DNA of 64,000 nt. Origin: Dehalococcoidales bacterium. Its GTDB lineage: Bacteria; Chloroflexota; Dehalococcoidia; Dehalococcoidales; RBG-16-60-22. The notes beneath the pieces are model-generated. The model worked only from the letters and a program-made list of their open reading frames with translations. It was not told the DNA's origin and ran no database searches. Within the stretch, counting starts at the first letter, position 1. Every line of letters begins with the position of its first letter. The stretch spans positions 2,027 to 66,026 of the forward strand of contig DAOUER010000075.1 in assembly GCA_034430375.1 (NCBI GenBank), written 5' to 3'. Below, piece by piece: positions 19,366-29,698 of the stretch. Made by a program: the position numbers and the translations under genes.

Positions 19366-21000
19366 ATGCCAAAATATATCTTTGTGACCGGAGGCGTGGT
19401 TAGTTCCGTAGGCAAGGGGATAGCCATCGCTTCAATCGGCACCATTCTGAAAAGCCGCCAGATATCCGTATCGGTACAGAAACTGGACCCCTATCTTAAC
19501 GTGGACCCGGGTACGATGTCTCCCTACCAGCACGGCGAGGTATTCGTCACCAAGGACGGCGCCGAGACCGACCTCGACCTGGGGAATTACGAGCGGTTCA
19601 TCGACGCCGAGTTCACCGCCGATTCCAATATAACCTCCGGGCAAATCTACAGTACGATTATCGCCAAGGAGAGACGCGGCGACTTCCTGGGCGGCACCAT
19701 CCAGATTGTTCCCCACCTGGTCAACGAAATTAAAGACCGCTTTAAGAAGCTGGCCGATAGTTCGGGCGCCGACGTTATCCTCATCGAGGTGGGGGGCACG
19801 GTCGGCGACATCGAAGGGCAGCCTTTCCTGGAAGCCATCCGGCAGATGAGAAACGACGTCGGCCGGAACAACGTGCTCTATATCCATGTCACCTTTCTGC
19901 CCTATCTCAACACGACCAAGGAGTTGAAGACCAAGCCCACCCAGCACAGCGTCAACGAATTACGCCGCATCGGCATCCAGCCTGACGTTATAATATGTCG
20001 GAGCGATTACCCGATAGCGGAAGAAATAACCGATAAGATTTCGCTGTTTTGCGACGTCGAAAAGCAGGCAGTTATTCCGCTAACAACCGTGGACACTATC
20101 TATGAAATACCCTTAATTCTAGAAGAAGCCGGCATGGGGAGGATAATCCTCAATAAACTGGGGATGGATACCAACTCAGCCAAACTCGAACCGTGGCAGG
20201 AAATGGTCGACCGTATCAAGACGCCGCGTGACCCTGTAAACATAGCGCTCGTAGGTAAATACGTCGAGTTGAACGATGCCTATTACTCGGTACGCGAGGC
20301 GTTATACCACGCCGCCCTGTACCACGAAAGAGAACTCAACCTGCTCTGGGTACACTCGGAAGACCTGGATAACCATGATATCGAATCATTATTACGAACC
20401 GCCCAGGGAATTATCGTCCCGGGGGGTTTCGGGGAGCGGGGAATCGAAGGTAAAATCAAAGCGGCCCGGTACGCCCGGGAGAACAGTATACCTTACCTGG
20501 GACTTTGCCTGGGGATGCATGTCATGGTGATTGAATTCGCCCGTCACGTGTACGATTCCGGCGAACCCAATTCCACTGAATTCAATAAGACCACCCCCTA
20601 TCCGGTTATCGACCTGCTGCCGGAGCAGAAGAATATTAAAGACAAGGGCGCTACCATGCGCCTGGGGAACTACCCCTGTAAGCTGGTCGACAGCAGCCGG
20701 GCGGCCCAAGCCTACGGGCAGGTAGAAATCGAGGAGCGGCACCGCCACCGGTTTGAGTTCAACAATAAATACCGCGATCAATTAGCGAAGGCCGGTATGA
20801 TATACAGCGGCGTCTCACCCGACGATAAACTGGTGGAAATCTGTGAACTGGCCGACCACCCTTGGATGCTGAGCTGCCAATTTCATCCCGAATTTCGTTC
20901 CCGGCCGGGTCGGCCTCATCCCCTTTTCCGCGATTTCGTGGGCGTGGCCAAGACCATCTTCCGCGAAGGCGATCAGCCGCCGCTACCCCTTGTGGAGTAA
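19366..21000 (+). CDS. pyrG: CTP synthase
   Basis: [19 protein letters not shown]-terminus and a glutamine amidotransferase domain (GLCLGMH). Confidence 0.97.
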   Translation: MPKYIFVTGGVVSSVGKGIAIASIGTILKSRQISVSVQKLDPYLNVDPGTMSPYQHGEVFVTKDGAETDLDLGNYERFIDAEFTADSNITSGQIYSTIIAKERRGDFLGGTIQIVPHLVNEIKDRFKKLADSSGADVILIEVGGTVGDIEGQPFLEAIRQMRNDVGRNNVLYIHVTFLPYLNTTKELKTKPTQHSVNELRRIGIQPDVIICRSDYPIAEEITDKISLFCDVEKQAVIPLTTVDTIYEIPLILEEAGMGRIILNKLGMDTNSAKLEPWQEMVDRIKTPRDPVNIALVGKYVELNDAYYSVREALYHAALYHERELNLLWVHSEDLDNHDIESLLRTAQGIIVPGGFGERGIEGKIKAARYARENSIPYLGLCLGMHVMVIEFARHVYDSGEPNSTEFNKTTPYPVIDLLPEQKNIKDKGATMRLGNYPCKLVDSSRAAQAYGQVEIEERHRHRFEFNNKYRDQLAKAGMIYSGVSPDDKLVEICELADHPWMLSCQFHPEFRSRPGRPHPLFRDFVGVAKTIFREGDQPPLPLVE

Positions 21001-21018
21001 GCTCAGGAGGAAAATCCG

Positions 21019-21672
21019 ATGCAAATCTTTCTGGATACTGCCAATATCGAAAATATCAGACAGGCCGCTGAACTGGGAATCATCAGCGGGGTTACCACCA
21101 ATCCGACGCTCCTCTCTAAGGAGTCGACGGCCGACTACGAGACGGTAACCAAGAAAATATGCTCGATAGTCAACGGGCCGGTTTCCGTGGAGGTACTGGC
21201 CGAAGACGCCAAGTCGATGATAAAGGAAGCCAAACTTAAGGCATCCTGGGCTCCCAACGTAAATATCAAGATACCGATTACCGCCGACGGACTCCGGGCG
21301 ACATCCGCTCTCAGTAAGGAAGGCATTAAAGTCAATATGACGCTCTGCTTTTCCGCCAACCAGGCGCTGCTGGGAGCCATGGCCGGGGCAACTTACGTCA
21401 GCATCTTCGTGGGGCGGCTGGACGATGCCGGCCAGGACGGCATGCAGGTAGTCCAGGATACCATGGACATCCTGGATAATTATCCGGAACTGGGTACACA
21501 GTTAATTGCCGCCAGCATCCGGAATCCGATGCATTGTACGCAGGCGGCCTTAATAGGCTCCCATATCGCCACGGTACCTTATAACGTGTTGATGCAGATG
21601 ATACAGCACCCATTTACCGATGTCGGCATCAAGCGTTTCCTGGCCGACTGGAAAAGCGTGGCGAAAAAATAA
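21019..21672 (+). CDS. transaldolase / fructose-6-phosphate aldolase family (short type 3B)
   Basis: MQIFLDTANIE...GVTTNP...KIP... typical of the roughly 215 aa Tal/FSA subfamily. Confidence 0.85.
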   Translation: MQIFLDTANIENIRQAAELGIISGVTTNPTLLSKESTADYETVTKKICSIVNGPVSVEVLAEDAKSMIKEAKLKASWAPNVNIKIPITADGLRATSALSKEGIKVNMTLCFSANQALLGAMAGATYVSIFVGRLDDAGQDGMQVVQDTMDILDNYPELGTQLIAASIRNPMHCTQAALIGSHIATVPYNVLMQMIQHPFTDVGIKRFLADWKSVAKK

Positions 21673-21729
21673 CTGAAAGAAAGAAAAACCACCCCTGAAT
21701 AGGGATAAAGGTTAGAGCGAGGTGGCATC

Positions 21730-22992
21730 ATGAATATCGTAGACCTTGAACAAAAAACCAAAGAAGAACTGGTGATAATGGCCAAGGAGAGTGATATCTC
21801 TCTCCAAACGGGCATGAAGAAGCAGGATATTATCCTGAAGCTGATGGAAATCCATACGGAACAGCAGGGCAATATATTCTGCAGCGGTATCCTGGACATC
21901 ATGAGCGACGGCTACGGATTTCTCCGGCAGGAGACATTACTCCCCAGCCAGACGGATGTCTATATTTCGCCATCGCAGATACGGCGTTTCGGCCTGCGCA
22001 ACGGCGATATGGTTACCGGGCAGGGAAGACCCCCTAAAAGCAACGAGAAGTACTTCAGCCTGCTGCAGGTGGTAGCCATTAACAATCTCAACCCGGATGT
22101 CGTCAAGAAAAGACAACCATTTAGTTCATTTACGCCTACCTTCCCGGACAAGCTGATTAACCTAGAATACTCACCCACCGACCTCTCAACACGGCTTATC
22201 AACCTCATCGCTCCCATCGGACGCGGGCAACGCGGACTGGTAGTATCTCCGCCCAAAGCCGGTAAAACCCTGTTACTCAAGTCCATCGCCGCCGCCATCT
22301 CCGCTAACTATGAAGATATACACATGATTGTCTGCCTTATTGGGGAGCGACCCGAGGAGGTTACCGATATCAGACGTTCGGTAAAGGGCGAGGTAATCGG
22401 GGCTACCTTCGATGAACCGGTAGAGAACCAGACCCGCGTAGCCGAGCTTACCCTGGAAAGGGCTAAGCGGCTGGTGGAAAGCGGTAAGGACGTGGTTATC
22501 CTCCTCGATGGTATTACCCGCATGACCCGCGCCTATAACCTGGCAATGCCCTCCAGCGGCCGTACGCTTTCCGGCGGTATCGACCCTGCCGCCCTGCACC
22601 CGGCCAAGCGCTTTTTCGGGGCGGCCCGTAATACCGAAGAAGGGGGCAGCCTGACGATTATCGCCACCTGCCTCGTCGATACCGGCAGTCGTATGGACGA
22701 CCTTATCTACGAAGAATTCAAGGGCACCGGCAACATGGAACTCCACCTCGACCGGCGGCTATCGGAGAGGCGTACCTTCCCGGCGATAGACATCCAGAAG
22801 AGCGGCACCCGGCGCGAGGAGCTGCTACTGAAGGAAGATACCTTGAAACAGGTATGGCTGTTGCGACGTATGGCAGCCATGATTTCCAATGATTCCAATA
22901 ACTTCGTCGAGGCTACTGAACGGGTGCTGGACTGGATGCGTAAGTCCGAGAACAACGCCCAGTTCCTGGCCAGCCTGAATAGAGAGATGTAA
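21730..22992 (+). CDS. rho: transcription termination factor Rho
   Basis: N-terminal RNA-binding domain (GYGFLR), Walker A (PPKAGKT), and Q/R loops. Confidence 0.97.
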   Translation: MNIVDLEQKTKEELVIMAKESDISLQTGMKKQDIILKLMEIHTEQQGNIFCSGILDIMSDGYGFLRQETLLPSQTDVYISPSQIRRFGLRNGDMVTGQGRPPKSNEKYFSLLQVVAINNLNPDVVKKRQPFSSFTPTFPDKLINLEYSPTDLSTRLINLIAPIGRGQRGLVVSPPKAGKTLLLKSIAAAISANYEDIHMIVCLIGERPEEVTDIRRSVKGEVIGATFDEPVENQTRVAELTLERAKRLVESGKDVVILLDGITRMTRAYNLAMPSSGRTLSGGIDPAALHPAKRFFGAARNTEEGGSLTIIATCLVDTGSRMDDLIYEEFKGTGNMELHLDRRLSERRTFPAIDIQKSGTRREELLLKEDTLKQVWLLRRMAAMISNDSNNFVEATERVLDWMRKSENNAQFLASLNREM

Positions 22993-22994
22993 AG

Positions 22995-23324
22995 ATGCAA
23001 ATCCGAAAAACATACACGGAAATAAATCCCGAACTGCTTTACGCCGAGATAAGGGACTTCACCCTGAAACAGGGATTAACCCTCGTTAAAGACAAGCAGG
23101 AAACTTATACCATTCCCGATGAATCGGCGACGTTCATTTCACGCGGTACCATGATTTTTAACGCCAAGGACAAGGAATCCATGCGGGTCCATATCGTGGG
23201 GAATGTCCGGGGTGAGACCAAGCTGATGATTGACGCCGACGAATCGCTCTTTCCCCAGGAAAAACTGACCGGCCTCCAGGAAGATATCGACTTTATTTTC
23301 AGTCCTTACGAAGCCGAAGAATAG
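22995..23324 (+). CDS. hypothetical protein (109 aa), tightly coupled to rho
   Basis: The ATG is 2 nt after the rho stop. No family recognised. Confidence 0.5.
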   Translation: MQIRKTYTEINPELLYAEIRDFTLKQGLTLVKDKQETYTIPDESATFISRGTMIFNAKDKESMRVHIVGNVRGETKLMIDADESLFPQEKLTGLQEDIDFIFSPYEAEE

Positions 23325-23373
23325 CCCGCCTATTTATCTGGAGTTCGCTGTTCCTATTTACTAAAAATTGAGG

Positions 23374-24552
23374 CTATAACTCCTCATTTCTTCTGGCCCT
23401 ATCTTCTTGAGACATCTCTTGGTATTTTTTCACTATTTTGGACGAAAGGGCTTTATTTTTACGGAACCGTTCTTCCAGACCCTTGACAATTTTTCCCAAT
23501 CCCTTGCGGTTAGGTGAACCTTTGACATTCTTCGGAATATTTCCACCGGCGGATTCGAGTACATCTTTAGCGACAAAGATTGGAACATCATTAAGGACGG
23601 CGAGGGCGATAGCATCGCTCGGGCGCGCGTCTATTTCGCTCGTCTTTTTGCCACAACGCATTTTAACCACCGCATAGAAGGTGTCTTTTTTCAATGCCAC
23701 AACACTTACCCCTTCGACGCGGGCATTAATGCTCTCAAGAAGGCTGGAGTAAAAGCGGTGCGTTAAAGGCCGCGGAAACGCCAAGTCGCTTAGTCCTATA
23801 GCGATAGATTCTCCCTCAGCAGGACCTATCCATATCGGCATAAGGCGTCGGCCTACTTCATCATACAGCGCAACAACATAACTGTCGAAGGGCAGTTCCT
23901 GACCTTCCTTTTGTTCCACATGAATCACATCAGCAATAGTAACCTTGACCATAGTTGGCCTCCTCTTTTCTGGCGGTATTATTTCCGGGTATTGTGAAAG
24001 CAGTTTTTCCTTAAGTCGCTGGCGGGCGCGGTGGAGGCGAACCTTAACGGCGCTGAGGGATATACCCTGTACCGTTGCGATTTCCTGCAGGTTAAGCTGG
24101 GCGTAATAGAACAGGAGGGTGGCGTCCCGGTCCCGGGAAGGCAGGGTATTGATGACATCCAGCACGGTCCGGTGCAGCTCACGCTCTTCGGCCATCTTTT
24201 CCGGGGACAGCGGTACGTCGAAGAGTGGCACCGCGAATTGCTGCAGACCGCCCATAATAGCCTCCAGAGAAAAGAAGCTGATTTCCCTGTCCCGAAGGTG
24301 GCTCCGGCAGACATTCAAGACAATGCCGTAAAGCCAGGACTTGAATTTATCCGGGCGGCGGAGGCTGGCGATAAAGAGGTAAGCCTGCACCATGGCTTCC
24401 TGGGCGAGGTCCTGGGCCAAATCTTCACGGGAGACCAGCCGCCTGGCCAGCCGACGGGCGGGTAAAAGATACCGGTGCGTAAGAACACCGAAGGCTTCTT
24501 TATCACCCTTCCGCGCCAGCGCAACCAGCTCGCTATCTGTTTTTCCCTCCAA
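23374..24552 (-). CDS. ECF-type sigma-70 factor fused to a C-terminal bifunctional nuclease (BFN/DUF151) domain
   Basis: Sigma regions 2 and 4 in aa 1-190. BFN motifs (PIWIGPAEGESIA, PRPLTH, DARPSDAIALAV) in aa 200-340. TTG start. Confidence 0.8.
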   Translation of the reverse strand: MEGKTDSELVALARKGDKEAFGVLTHRYLLPARRLARRLVSREDLAQDLAQEAMVQAYLFIASLRRPDKFKSWLYGIVLNVCRSHLRDREISFFSLEAIMGGLQQFAVPLFDVPLSPEKMAEERELHRTVLDVINTLPSRDRDATLLFYYAQLNLQEIATVQGISLSAVKVRLHRARQRLKEKLLSQYPEIIPPEKRRPTMVKVTIADVIHVEQKEGQELPFDSYVVALYDEVGRRLMPIWIGPAEGESIAIGLSDLAFPRPLTHRFYSSLLESINARVEGVSVVALKKDTFYAVVKMRCGKKTSEIDARPSDAIALAVLNDVPIFVAKDVLESAGGNIPKNVKGSPNRKGLGKIVKGLEERFRKNKALSSKIVKKYQEMSQEDRARRNEEL

Positions 24553-24632
24553 GATGATACCTGCTAATGTCTTTATACTATATAGTGGTATAAAAACACG
24601 AAAAGGTTACAAAAAGCGTTGCGTAACGGTTA

Positions 24633-25520
24633 TTAGAGACCTTCTACTATCCGGTACATCTTCTCGTAGGATTTCACGAAATCGGGCGCGACCTTTTCCA
24701 ACCGACTTTTCAAGGCCTCCATACTCCGGACGAATTCCTGCCGGTCTTTACCGGCTACGAGGTCGGCCCATTCACCGGTTTTATCGCGGAAAAGCTGCTC
24801 ATAATCGGTTACCCGTGGAAAATTCATCTGCAGGGAGGCATAAAGCTCAGGGTCTTCCGAGAGGACGCTTTCGATAAGCGTCAGCAGCACCTTATAGGTC
24901 GAGCTGCCCGAGGTGGCCATCGGCCTGATATCACCGGAGCTAAGCAGGGTATCAGCGGCCACGAGGGCGATGAAGTGGGATAGGCCGAGGACGAGACTCA
25001 TGGTATCGTCGTGTTCCTGCGGGGTCATCAGACTGACCCGGGCCCCCCGGGATTCGAGGTAACCAGCGATTTTCCTAGCCATGTCACTCTCTTCATCGGT
25101 CGTCGGGGTGAGGACGATGTTCTTGTTGGTAATACTGGCGGCACCCGGTCCGAAAAGGGGATGCCCGCCGAGTACCAGTCCCGACTTTACATGCCGGTGC
25201 ATGATTTCCACCGGGCGGATTTTGGTGGAAGTAATATCGATAACAGCCTGCCCCTCCCCTACGTGCGGGCCTATCTCGCTGACGACATCCTCAAAGACTT
25301 CTATGGGGACCGAGAGCAGGATATAATCAGCATCAGTAAACGCTTCAATATTACTCCGAGCGACGCTGATGCCGGACCGCTGTCCGGCTTCCCGGAGGCT
25401 TTTTTCATCGGTATCAGCGATAACGACCCGGAAACCATCTTCCGTGAGAAAGCCGGTCAGCCAGCGTCCCATCTTACCGGCGCCCCCGATGACGGCAATT
25501 GATTTCTTTCTATCCATCAT
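24633..25520 (-). CDS. tyrA: prephenate dehydrogenase
   Basis: Rossmann IAVIGGAGKMG and the PDH domain. Last gene of the aromatic operon. Confidence 0.9.
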   Translation of the reverse strand: MMDRKKSIAVIGGAGKMGRWLTGFLTEDGFRVVIADTDEKSLREAGQRSGISVARSNIEAFTDADYILLSVPIEVFEDVVSEIGPHVGEGQAVIDITSTKIRPVEIMHRHVKSGLVLGGHPLFGPGAASITNKNIVLTPTTDEESDMARKIAGYLESRGARVSLMTPQEHDDTMSLVLGLSHFIALVAADTLLSSGDIRPMATSGSSTYKVLLTLIESVLSEDPELYASLQMNFPRVTDYEQLFRDKTGEWADLVAGKDRQEFVRSMEALKSRLEKVAPDFVKSYEKMYRIVEGL

Positions 25521-25647
25521 TTTCAGGTCTCTTATTCTGCTTACTCTTTATACGCTTAACCAGAAATACCAGTATGCCTACAAATATTAGCAAGATTACT
25601 ACTATGGAAATGATTACCAGTAATTCCCAAATGCCTAACTTATCCAT
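25510..25647 (-). CDS. candidate 45 aa single-pass membrane peptide between pheA and tyrA
   Basis: Found by hand; it is below the ORF-track size cutoff. AGGTGA lies 4 nt upstream of the ATG. Translation is MDKLGIWELLVIISIVVILLIFVGILVFLVKRIKSKQNKRPENDG. Its stop overlaps the tyrA start by 11 nt. Confidence 0.4.
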   Translation of the reverse strand: MDKLGIWELLVIISIVVILLIFVGILVFLVKRIKSKQNKRPENDG

Positions 25648-25692
25648 ACCATCACCTACCTCCCTGATTTCATCGCAGATAGTTCGGCGTGA

Positions 25693-26760
25693 CTACTTGG
25701 CCCGGGGATAAGAGCCCAGTACCCTGACGAAAATGGACAGTTCATCCAGCTTTTTCAGGGCGTTCCGGACGTTTTCATCTTCGTGATGCCCGGAGATATC
25801 CATGTAGAAATTATATTCCCACGGCTGGTGGCGGGTCGGACGCGACTCCAGCTTGGTCAGGTTGATATCACTAGCAGCGAACTCCTTGAGGCAATCATAG
25901 AGGGCGCCGGGCTTATGTTTCAGCGAAAAGACGATGGACGTCTTATCATTGCCGGTGGGCGGGGCGTCATCTTTGGAGAGAACGAAGAACCGGGTAAAAT
26001 TATGCGGATTATCTTCAATCTCGCTGGCGATTATGGCCATATCATATATCTCGGCGGCCCGGGCGCTGGCTACAGCGGCGCTATCCATGAGATTCTTTTC
26101 TTTAATCATGCGGACGCTCCCGGCCGTATCCGATTCCGGTATCAGTTCGGCATTTAAGTGGCTGAGGAAGTTGCGGCACTGTCCCAGGGCCTGCGGGTGG
26201 GAATAGACCTTTTTGATAGTGTCCAGTCCCGCCCCGACACTACCGATGAGACAATGGCTGATACGCATCTCCATTTCCCCGCATATCATCAGGGGAGAAT
26301 CGAGCAGGAGGTCGTAGGCGCGCGTAATGCTGCCTTCCAGCGAGTTTTCCACCGGCACGGCGGCATAGGGTACATCTCCCCTCTCCACGGCTTCGAAAAC
26401 CTCGTCCAGGGTGCTGTAGGGACGGCCTGCGGTCAGCTTTCCGAAAAAGCGGTGGGCGGCCTCTTCCGTATAGGCGCCCGGCTCTCCCTGGAAAGCGACA
26501 TCCACCGACTGTATTTTCTTGCTGGCATCGATTATCTGCCGATAGATGCCGGCGATATCGCCGGGGCTTATCTTATTATCTTTGGCCAGGTTGCGCACGT
26601 GTTCCAGCACCCTGAGTTCCCGCTCGCGGTCTTCGATGAGCCGGTTCGTTTCTTTCTTATCCCGCCCTATTTCCTCGGCTATCCGGACGCGCTCGCTGAT
26701 AAGCTCAACGATACGGTTATCTATTTCATCGATTTTCTTTCTTAAGTCATCCAGGCTCAT
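25693..26760 (-). CDS. pheA: bifunctional chorismate mutase / prephenate dehydratase (P-protein)
   Basis: N-terminal CM_2 helix bundle, a PDT domain (TRF...), and a C-terminal ACT (ESRP). Confidence 0.92.
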   Translation of the reverse strand: MSLDDLRKKIDEIDNRIVELISERVRIAEEIGRDKKETNRLIEDRERELRVLEHVRNLAKDNKISPGDIAGIYRQIIDASKKIQSVDVAFQGEPGAYTEEAAHRFFGKLTAGRPYSTLDEVFEAVERGDVPYAAVPVENSLEGSITRAYDLLLDSPLMICGEMEMRISHCLIGSVGAGLDTIKKVYSHPQALGQCRNFLSHLNAELIPESDTAGSVRMIKEKNLMDSAAVASARAAEIYDMAIIASEIEDNPHNFTRFFVLSKDDAPPTGNDKTSIVFSLKHKPGALYDCLKEFAASDINLTKLESRPTRHQPWEYNFYMDISGHHEDENVRNALKKLDELSIFVRVLGSYPRAK

Positions 26761-27863
26761 TTTATCACCCTCGGGATAATACCCGCCCTCAATGCGAAAT
26801 CACACAGTGTTACCGCCATCATCGCTTCCACCGCCACGACCGCCCGGGGGACGATGCAGGCGTCATGCCGTCCGCCGACGGTAATGGACGTGTTTTCCAT
26901 TTTCTTAATGTCGGCGGTAGCCTGCTCGATGGATATGGAGGGAGTCGGTTTGACGACCACCCTCAACACCACCGGCATACCGTTACTGATACCGCCGAGA
27001 ATACCGCCGGCATTATTGGTGGACGTGGTTATTTTCTCATTATCAACCTGAAACGAGTCGTTATTTTCCGAACCCTTCAGGCGGGCGGCGGCGAAACCGG
27101 CGCCGAACTCGACGCCTTTGACGGCCGGGATAGCCAGCATGGCTTTAGCCAGTTCGCCCTCCAGGGTTTTAAAAACAGGCTCACCCAATCCGGCCGGTAC
27201 GTTGAGGGCAATGCCTTCAATAATCCCGCCAACGCTGTCGCCGGCTTCCCTTACCCCCGAGATAAGTTCGGTCATCTTTACCGCCGCCGCGGGGTCGGCA
27301 CAGCGGAGCGAATCGTTCTCCGATTTTTCTCTGATAGCAGTATAGTCGCCCGAAGAAGCAGTGATTCCACCAATCTCGACGGTATGGGCAAGAACCTCGA
27401 TACCGACCGTATCCAGGATTTTCTTAGCGACAGCCCCCGCCATCACGAAGGTCGCCGTAATCCGACCGGAAAACATACCGCCGCCCCGCCAGTCATTGAA
27501 GCCGCCGTACTTGACATTAGCCGTGTAATCGGCGTGTCCGGGTCGCAACTTATGCCGGATACGCTCGTAATCGCTGTCATCGACGTCCTCATTAGGAATC
27601 ATCATGGCGATAGGAGCGCCGGTAGCAACACCGTCCATAATCCCGGAGAGAATTTCCACCTTGTTCTTCTCCGCCCGGGCGGTATAGGCGACGCTCTCGC
27701 CGGGACGTCTCATGTCCACTTCCCGCTGGATATCTTCCGCGGATATTTTCAGTCCGGCGGGGCAGCCGTCAACAATTACACCGATGCACCTGCCATGACT
27801 CTCGCCGAAGGCGGTAACGACCAATAATTTTCCGATGCTGTTACTCATGTTGTTCCACCTCAC
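26757..27863 (-). CDS. aroC: chorismate synthase (alternative start at 27848)
   Basis: FGESHG, GRHDACIVPRA motifs. Confidence 0.95.
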   Translation of the reverse strand: MRWNNMSNSIGKLLVVTAFGESHGRCIGVIVDGCPAGLKISAEDIQREVDMRRPGESVAYTARAEKNKVEILSGIMDGVATGAPIAMMIPNEDVDDSDYERIRHKLRPGHADYTANVKYGGFNDWRGGGMFSGRITATFVMAGAVAKKILDTVGIEVLAHTVEIGGITASSGDYTAIREKSENDSLRCADPAAAVKMTELISGVREAGDSVGGIIEGIALNVPAGLGEPVFKTLEGELAKAMLAIPAVKGVEFGAGFAAARLKGSENNDSFQVDNEKITTSTNNAGGILGGISNGMPVVLRVVVKPTPSISIEQATADIKKMENTSITVGGRHDACIVPRAVVAVEAMMAVTLCDFALRAGIIPRVIK

Positions 27864-29187
27864 CGCCGACGCTTTTTAAGGCTTCCCAGAAACCGGGATA
27901 CGTCTTGGCGACGCATTCGGCGTTGGTAATGGTAATATCACCGATGGCGCTACCGAGTACACCGAAAGCCATGGCAATACGGTGGTCGTTATGGCTATCG
28001 ATAGTAACCGGCTCATATGTTTTCTCAGCGGCGTCCTCAGCCTTGTTCTCTTCATCTTCCTCTTTTGATTCGTCAATCGGCTTGGGAGTATTCATACCGG
28101 TGACGGTGAGGCTGCTCCGGCCTTCACTTACTTCTACTCCCCTTGGTGCCAGCTTTTTCAGTCCCTCGCACACGGCGGCAACACGGTTCGACTCTTTGAT
28201 ACGGGCCCTTTCGATTCCTATGAATTCACTGGTACCCTCGGCCAGTGCCGCCAGGACCGCCATGGTCGGCAGCAGGTCTATGCAATCGGAAAGATCGGTC
28301 TTTATCGCTTTCAGATTACCTTCTTTTTTACCTACCTCCACTGTGTTTCCGGCCACCCTCACCAAAGCCCCCATACTCCGGAGGAAGTCGAGAATAAGCC
28401 GGTCTCCCTGGACACTGGCCGTGGTGATGTTTTCAACGTCCATTCCCTCGGATAAAGCCCCCAGTGCCAGGAAATAAGATGCCGAAGACCAGTCGCCCTC
28501 CAGCGGAAACGTTTCCGACCGGTAGGTCTGCCGGGGGACGACGAATTTATCGAACGAGGTTTTCACGTTAATCCCGAATTTCTTAAGACAACGGGTGGTC
28601 ATGAAGAGGTAGGGACGGGACGTTAACTTGGAGGTCAACCTGATATTCACTTCTTTCTGTGCGAAGGGGGCTATGAGAAGTAAAGCCGATACGAACTGGG
28701 AGCTGATATGGCCCGGTAGTTCCGTATTTCCGCCGCGAAGAGCGCCGCCTTCAACATTCACCGGCGGAGTGGTTTTCCCTTCCATGGAACACTTTACTCC
28801 CAGCATATCCAGTGCTTCCACCAGCGAACGCACCGGCCTCCTGGAAAGGGAAGGTCCGCCGACCAGTCGACTTTTACCGGGTATCAGCGAGCAGATGGCC
28901 GTCATGAAACGCAGCGTGGTGGCTGACTCACCGCAGTAGAGGTCCTCGGTGGGCGCCCGGAAAGTACCTCCCCACACCCGCCAAGAACCGTCGTTGCGTT
29001 GAATCTGGATGCCGACCTTGCTCAGCACATCGGCGGCAACATCGGTATCCTCGCATACCAGGGGATTCTCCAGAACGCTCTCACCCTCGGCCAGGGCGGC
29101 GCACATCAACCCTCGGATAGTCTGACTTTTCGATGAAGGTACGACTACTTTCCCTTTTACTTCGCTTTTCTTAACGGTAACCTGCAT
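27841..29187 (-). CDS. aroA: 3-phosphoshikimate 1-carboxyvinyltransferase (EPSP synthase)
   Basis: PSSKS...NDHRIAMAF motifs. Contains an acidic insertion before the DHR motif. Confidence 0.93.
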   Translation of the reverse strand: MQVTVKKSEVKGKVVVPSSKSQTIRGLMCAALAEGESVLENPLVCEDTDVAADVLSKVGIQIQRNDGSWRVWGGTFRAPTEDLYCGESATTLRFMTAICSLIPGKSRLVGGPSLSRRPVRSLVEALDMLGVKCSMEGKTTPPVNVEGGALRGGNTELPGHISSQFVSALLLIAPFAQKEVNIRLTSKLTSRPYLFMTTRCLKKFGINVKTSFDKFVVPRQTYRSETFPLEGDWSSASYFLALGALSEGMDVENITTASVQGDRLILDFLRSMGALVRVAGNTVEVGKKEGNLKAIKTDLSDCIDLLPTMAVLAALAEGTSEFIGIERARIKESNRVAAVCEGLKKLAPRGVEVSEGRSSLTVTGMNTPKPIDESKEEDEENKAEDAAEKTYEPVTIDSHNDHRIAMAFGVLGSAIGDITITNAECVAKTYPGFWEALKSVGGEVEQHE

Positions 29188-29698
29188 TTTTCTCTATCTC
29201 TCTTATGATTTTTTCTACAACAGCTTTAATATCCAGCTTTGAAGTATCTATCTCCATATCGGCCGCCCGCCGGTAAAACGGTCGCCGGTAATTCATGAGT
29301 TCCTTTATCTGGGCCAGGCGGCCAGCCACAGCCAATAGAGGCCGGTCACCCCTGTCCCCGGATGTCCTCTCAACAATCACCGGGGGTGTCGCTTTAAGGT
29401 TTATTATAATACATTTTTTTCTTAACCGGTCAATGTTTATCTTGTTCAGCACCACGCCGCCACCGCCGGCAATAACACAATTATCCTTTCCGGCTATTTC
29501 CTTGATAACTTCAATTTCCAGCTCGCGGAAAGCTATTTCGCCATCCTGTTGAAATATATCGGGGATGGACTTTCCGGATTTATTTTCAATCAGGGCGTCG
29601 GTTTCCACGAACTCCCTGCCCATTCTCTTCGCCAGGGTTTTCCCCACGGCGGTTTTGCCGGTGCCCATGAAACCTATCAAAGCAATATTAGTCTTCAC
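29171..29698 (-). CDS. aroK: shikimate kinase
   Basis: Walker A GFMGTGKT and the SKI family layout. Confidence 0.9.
   Translation of the reverse strand: MKTNIALIGFMGTGKTAVGKTLAKRMGREFVETDALIENKSGKSIPDIFQQDGEIAFRELEIEVIKEIAGKDNCVIAGGGGVVLNKINIDRLRKKCIIINLKATPPVIVERTSGDRGDRPLLAVAGRLAQIKELMNYRRPFYRRAADMEIDTSKLDIKAVVEKIIREIEKNAGYR

Noticed and set aside
24553-24632. An ECF-type autoregulated promoter (AAC-N17-CGT) and a weak hairpin (CGTT-ACGC-AACG plus T5) between tyrA and the sigma-BFN gene.
   Set aside because: The matches are short and degenerate, at a level expected by chance in an 80 nt AT-rich spacer. Not reportable without transcription-start data.
25510-25647. Whether the small TM ORF between pheA and tyrA is a TatA/E translocase subunit.
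   Set aside because: The N-terminal helix is TatA-like, but the hinge FG-x-KLP motif and the amphipathic helix are missing. It is kept only as a generic small membrane ORF.
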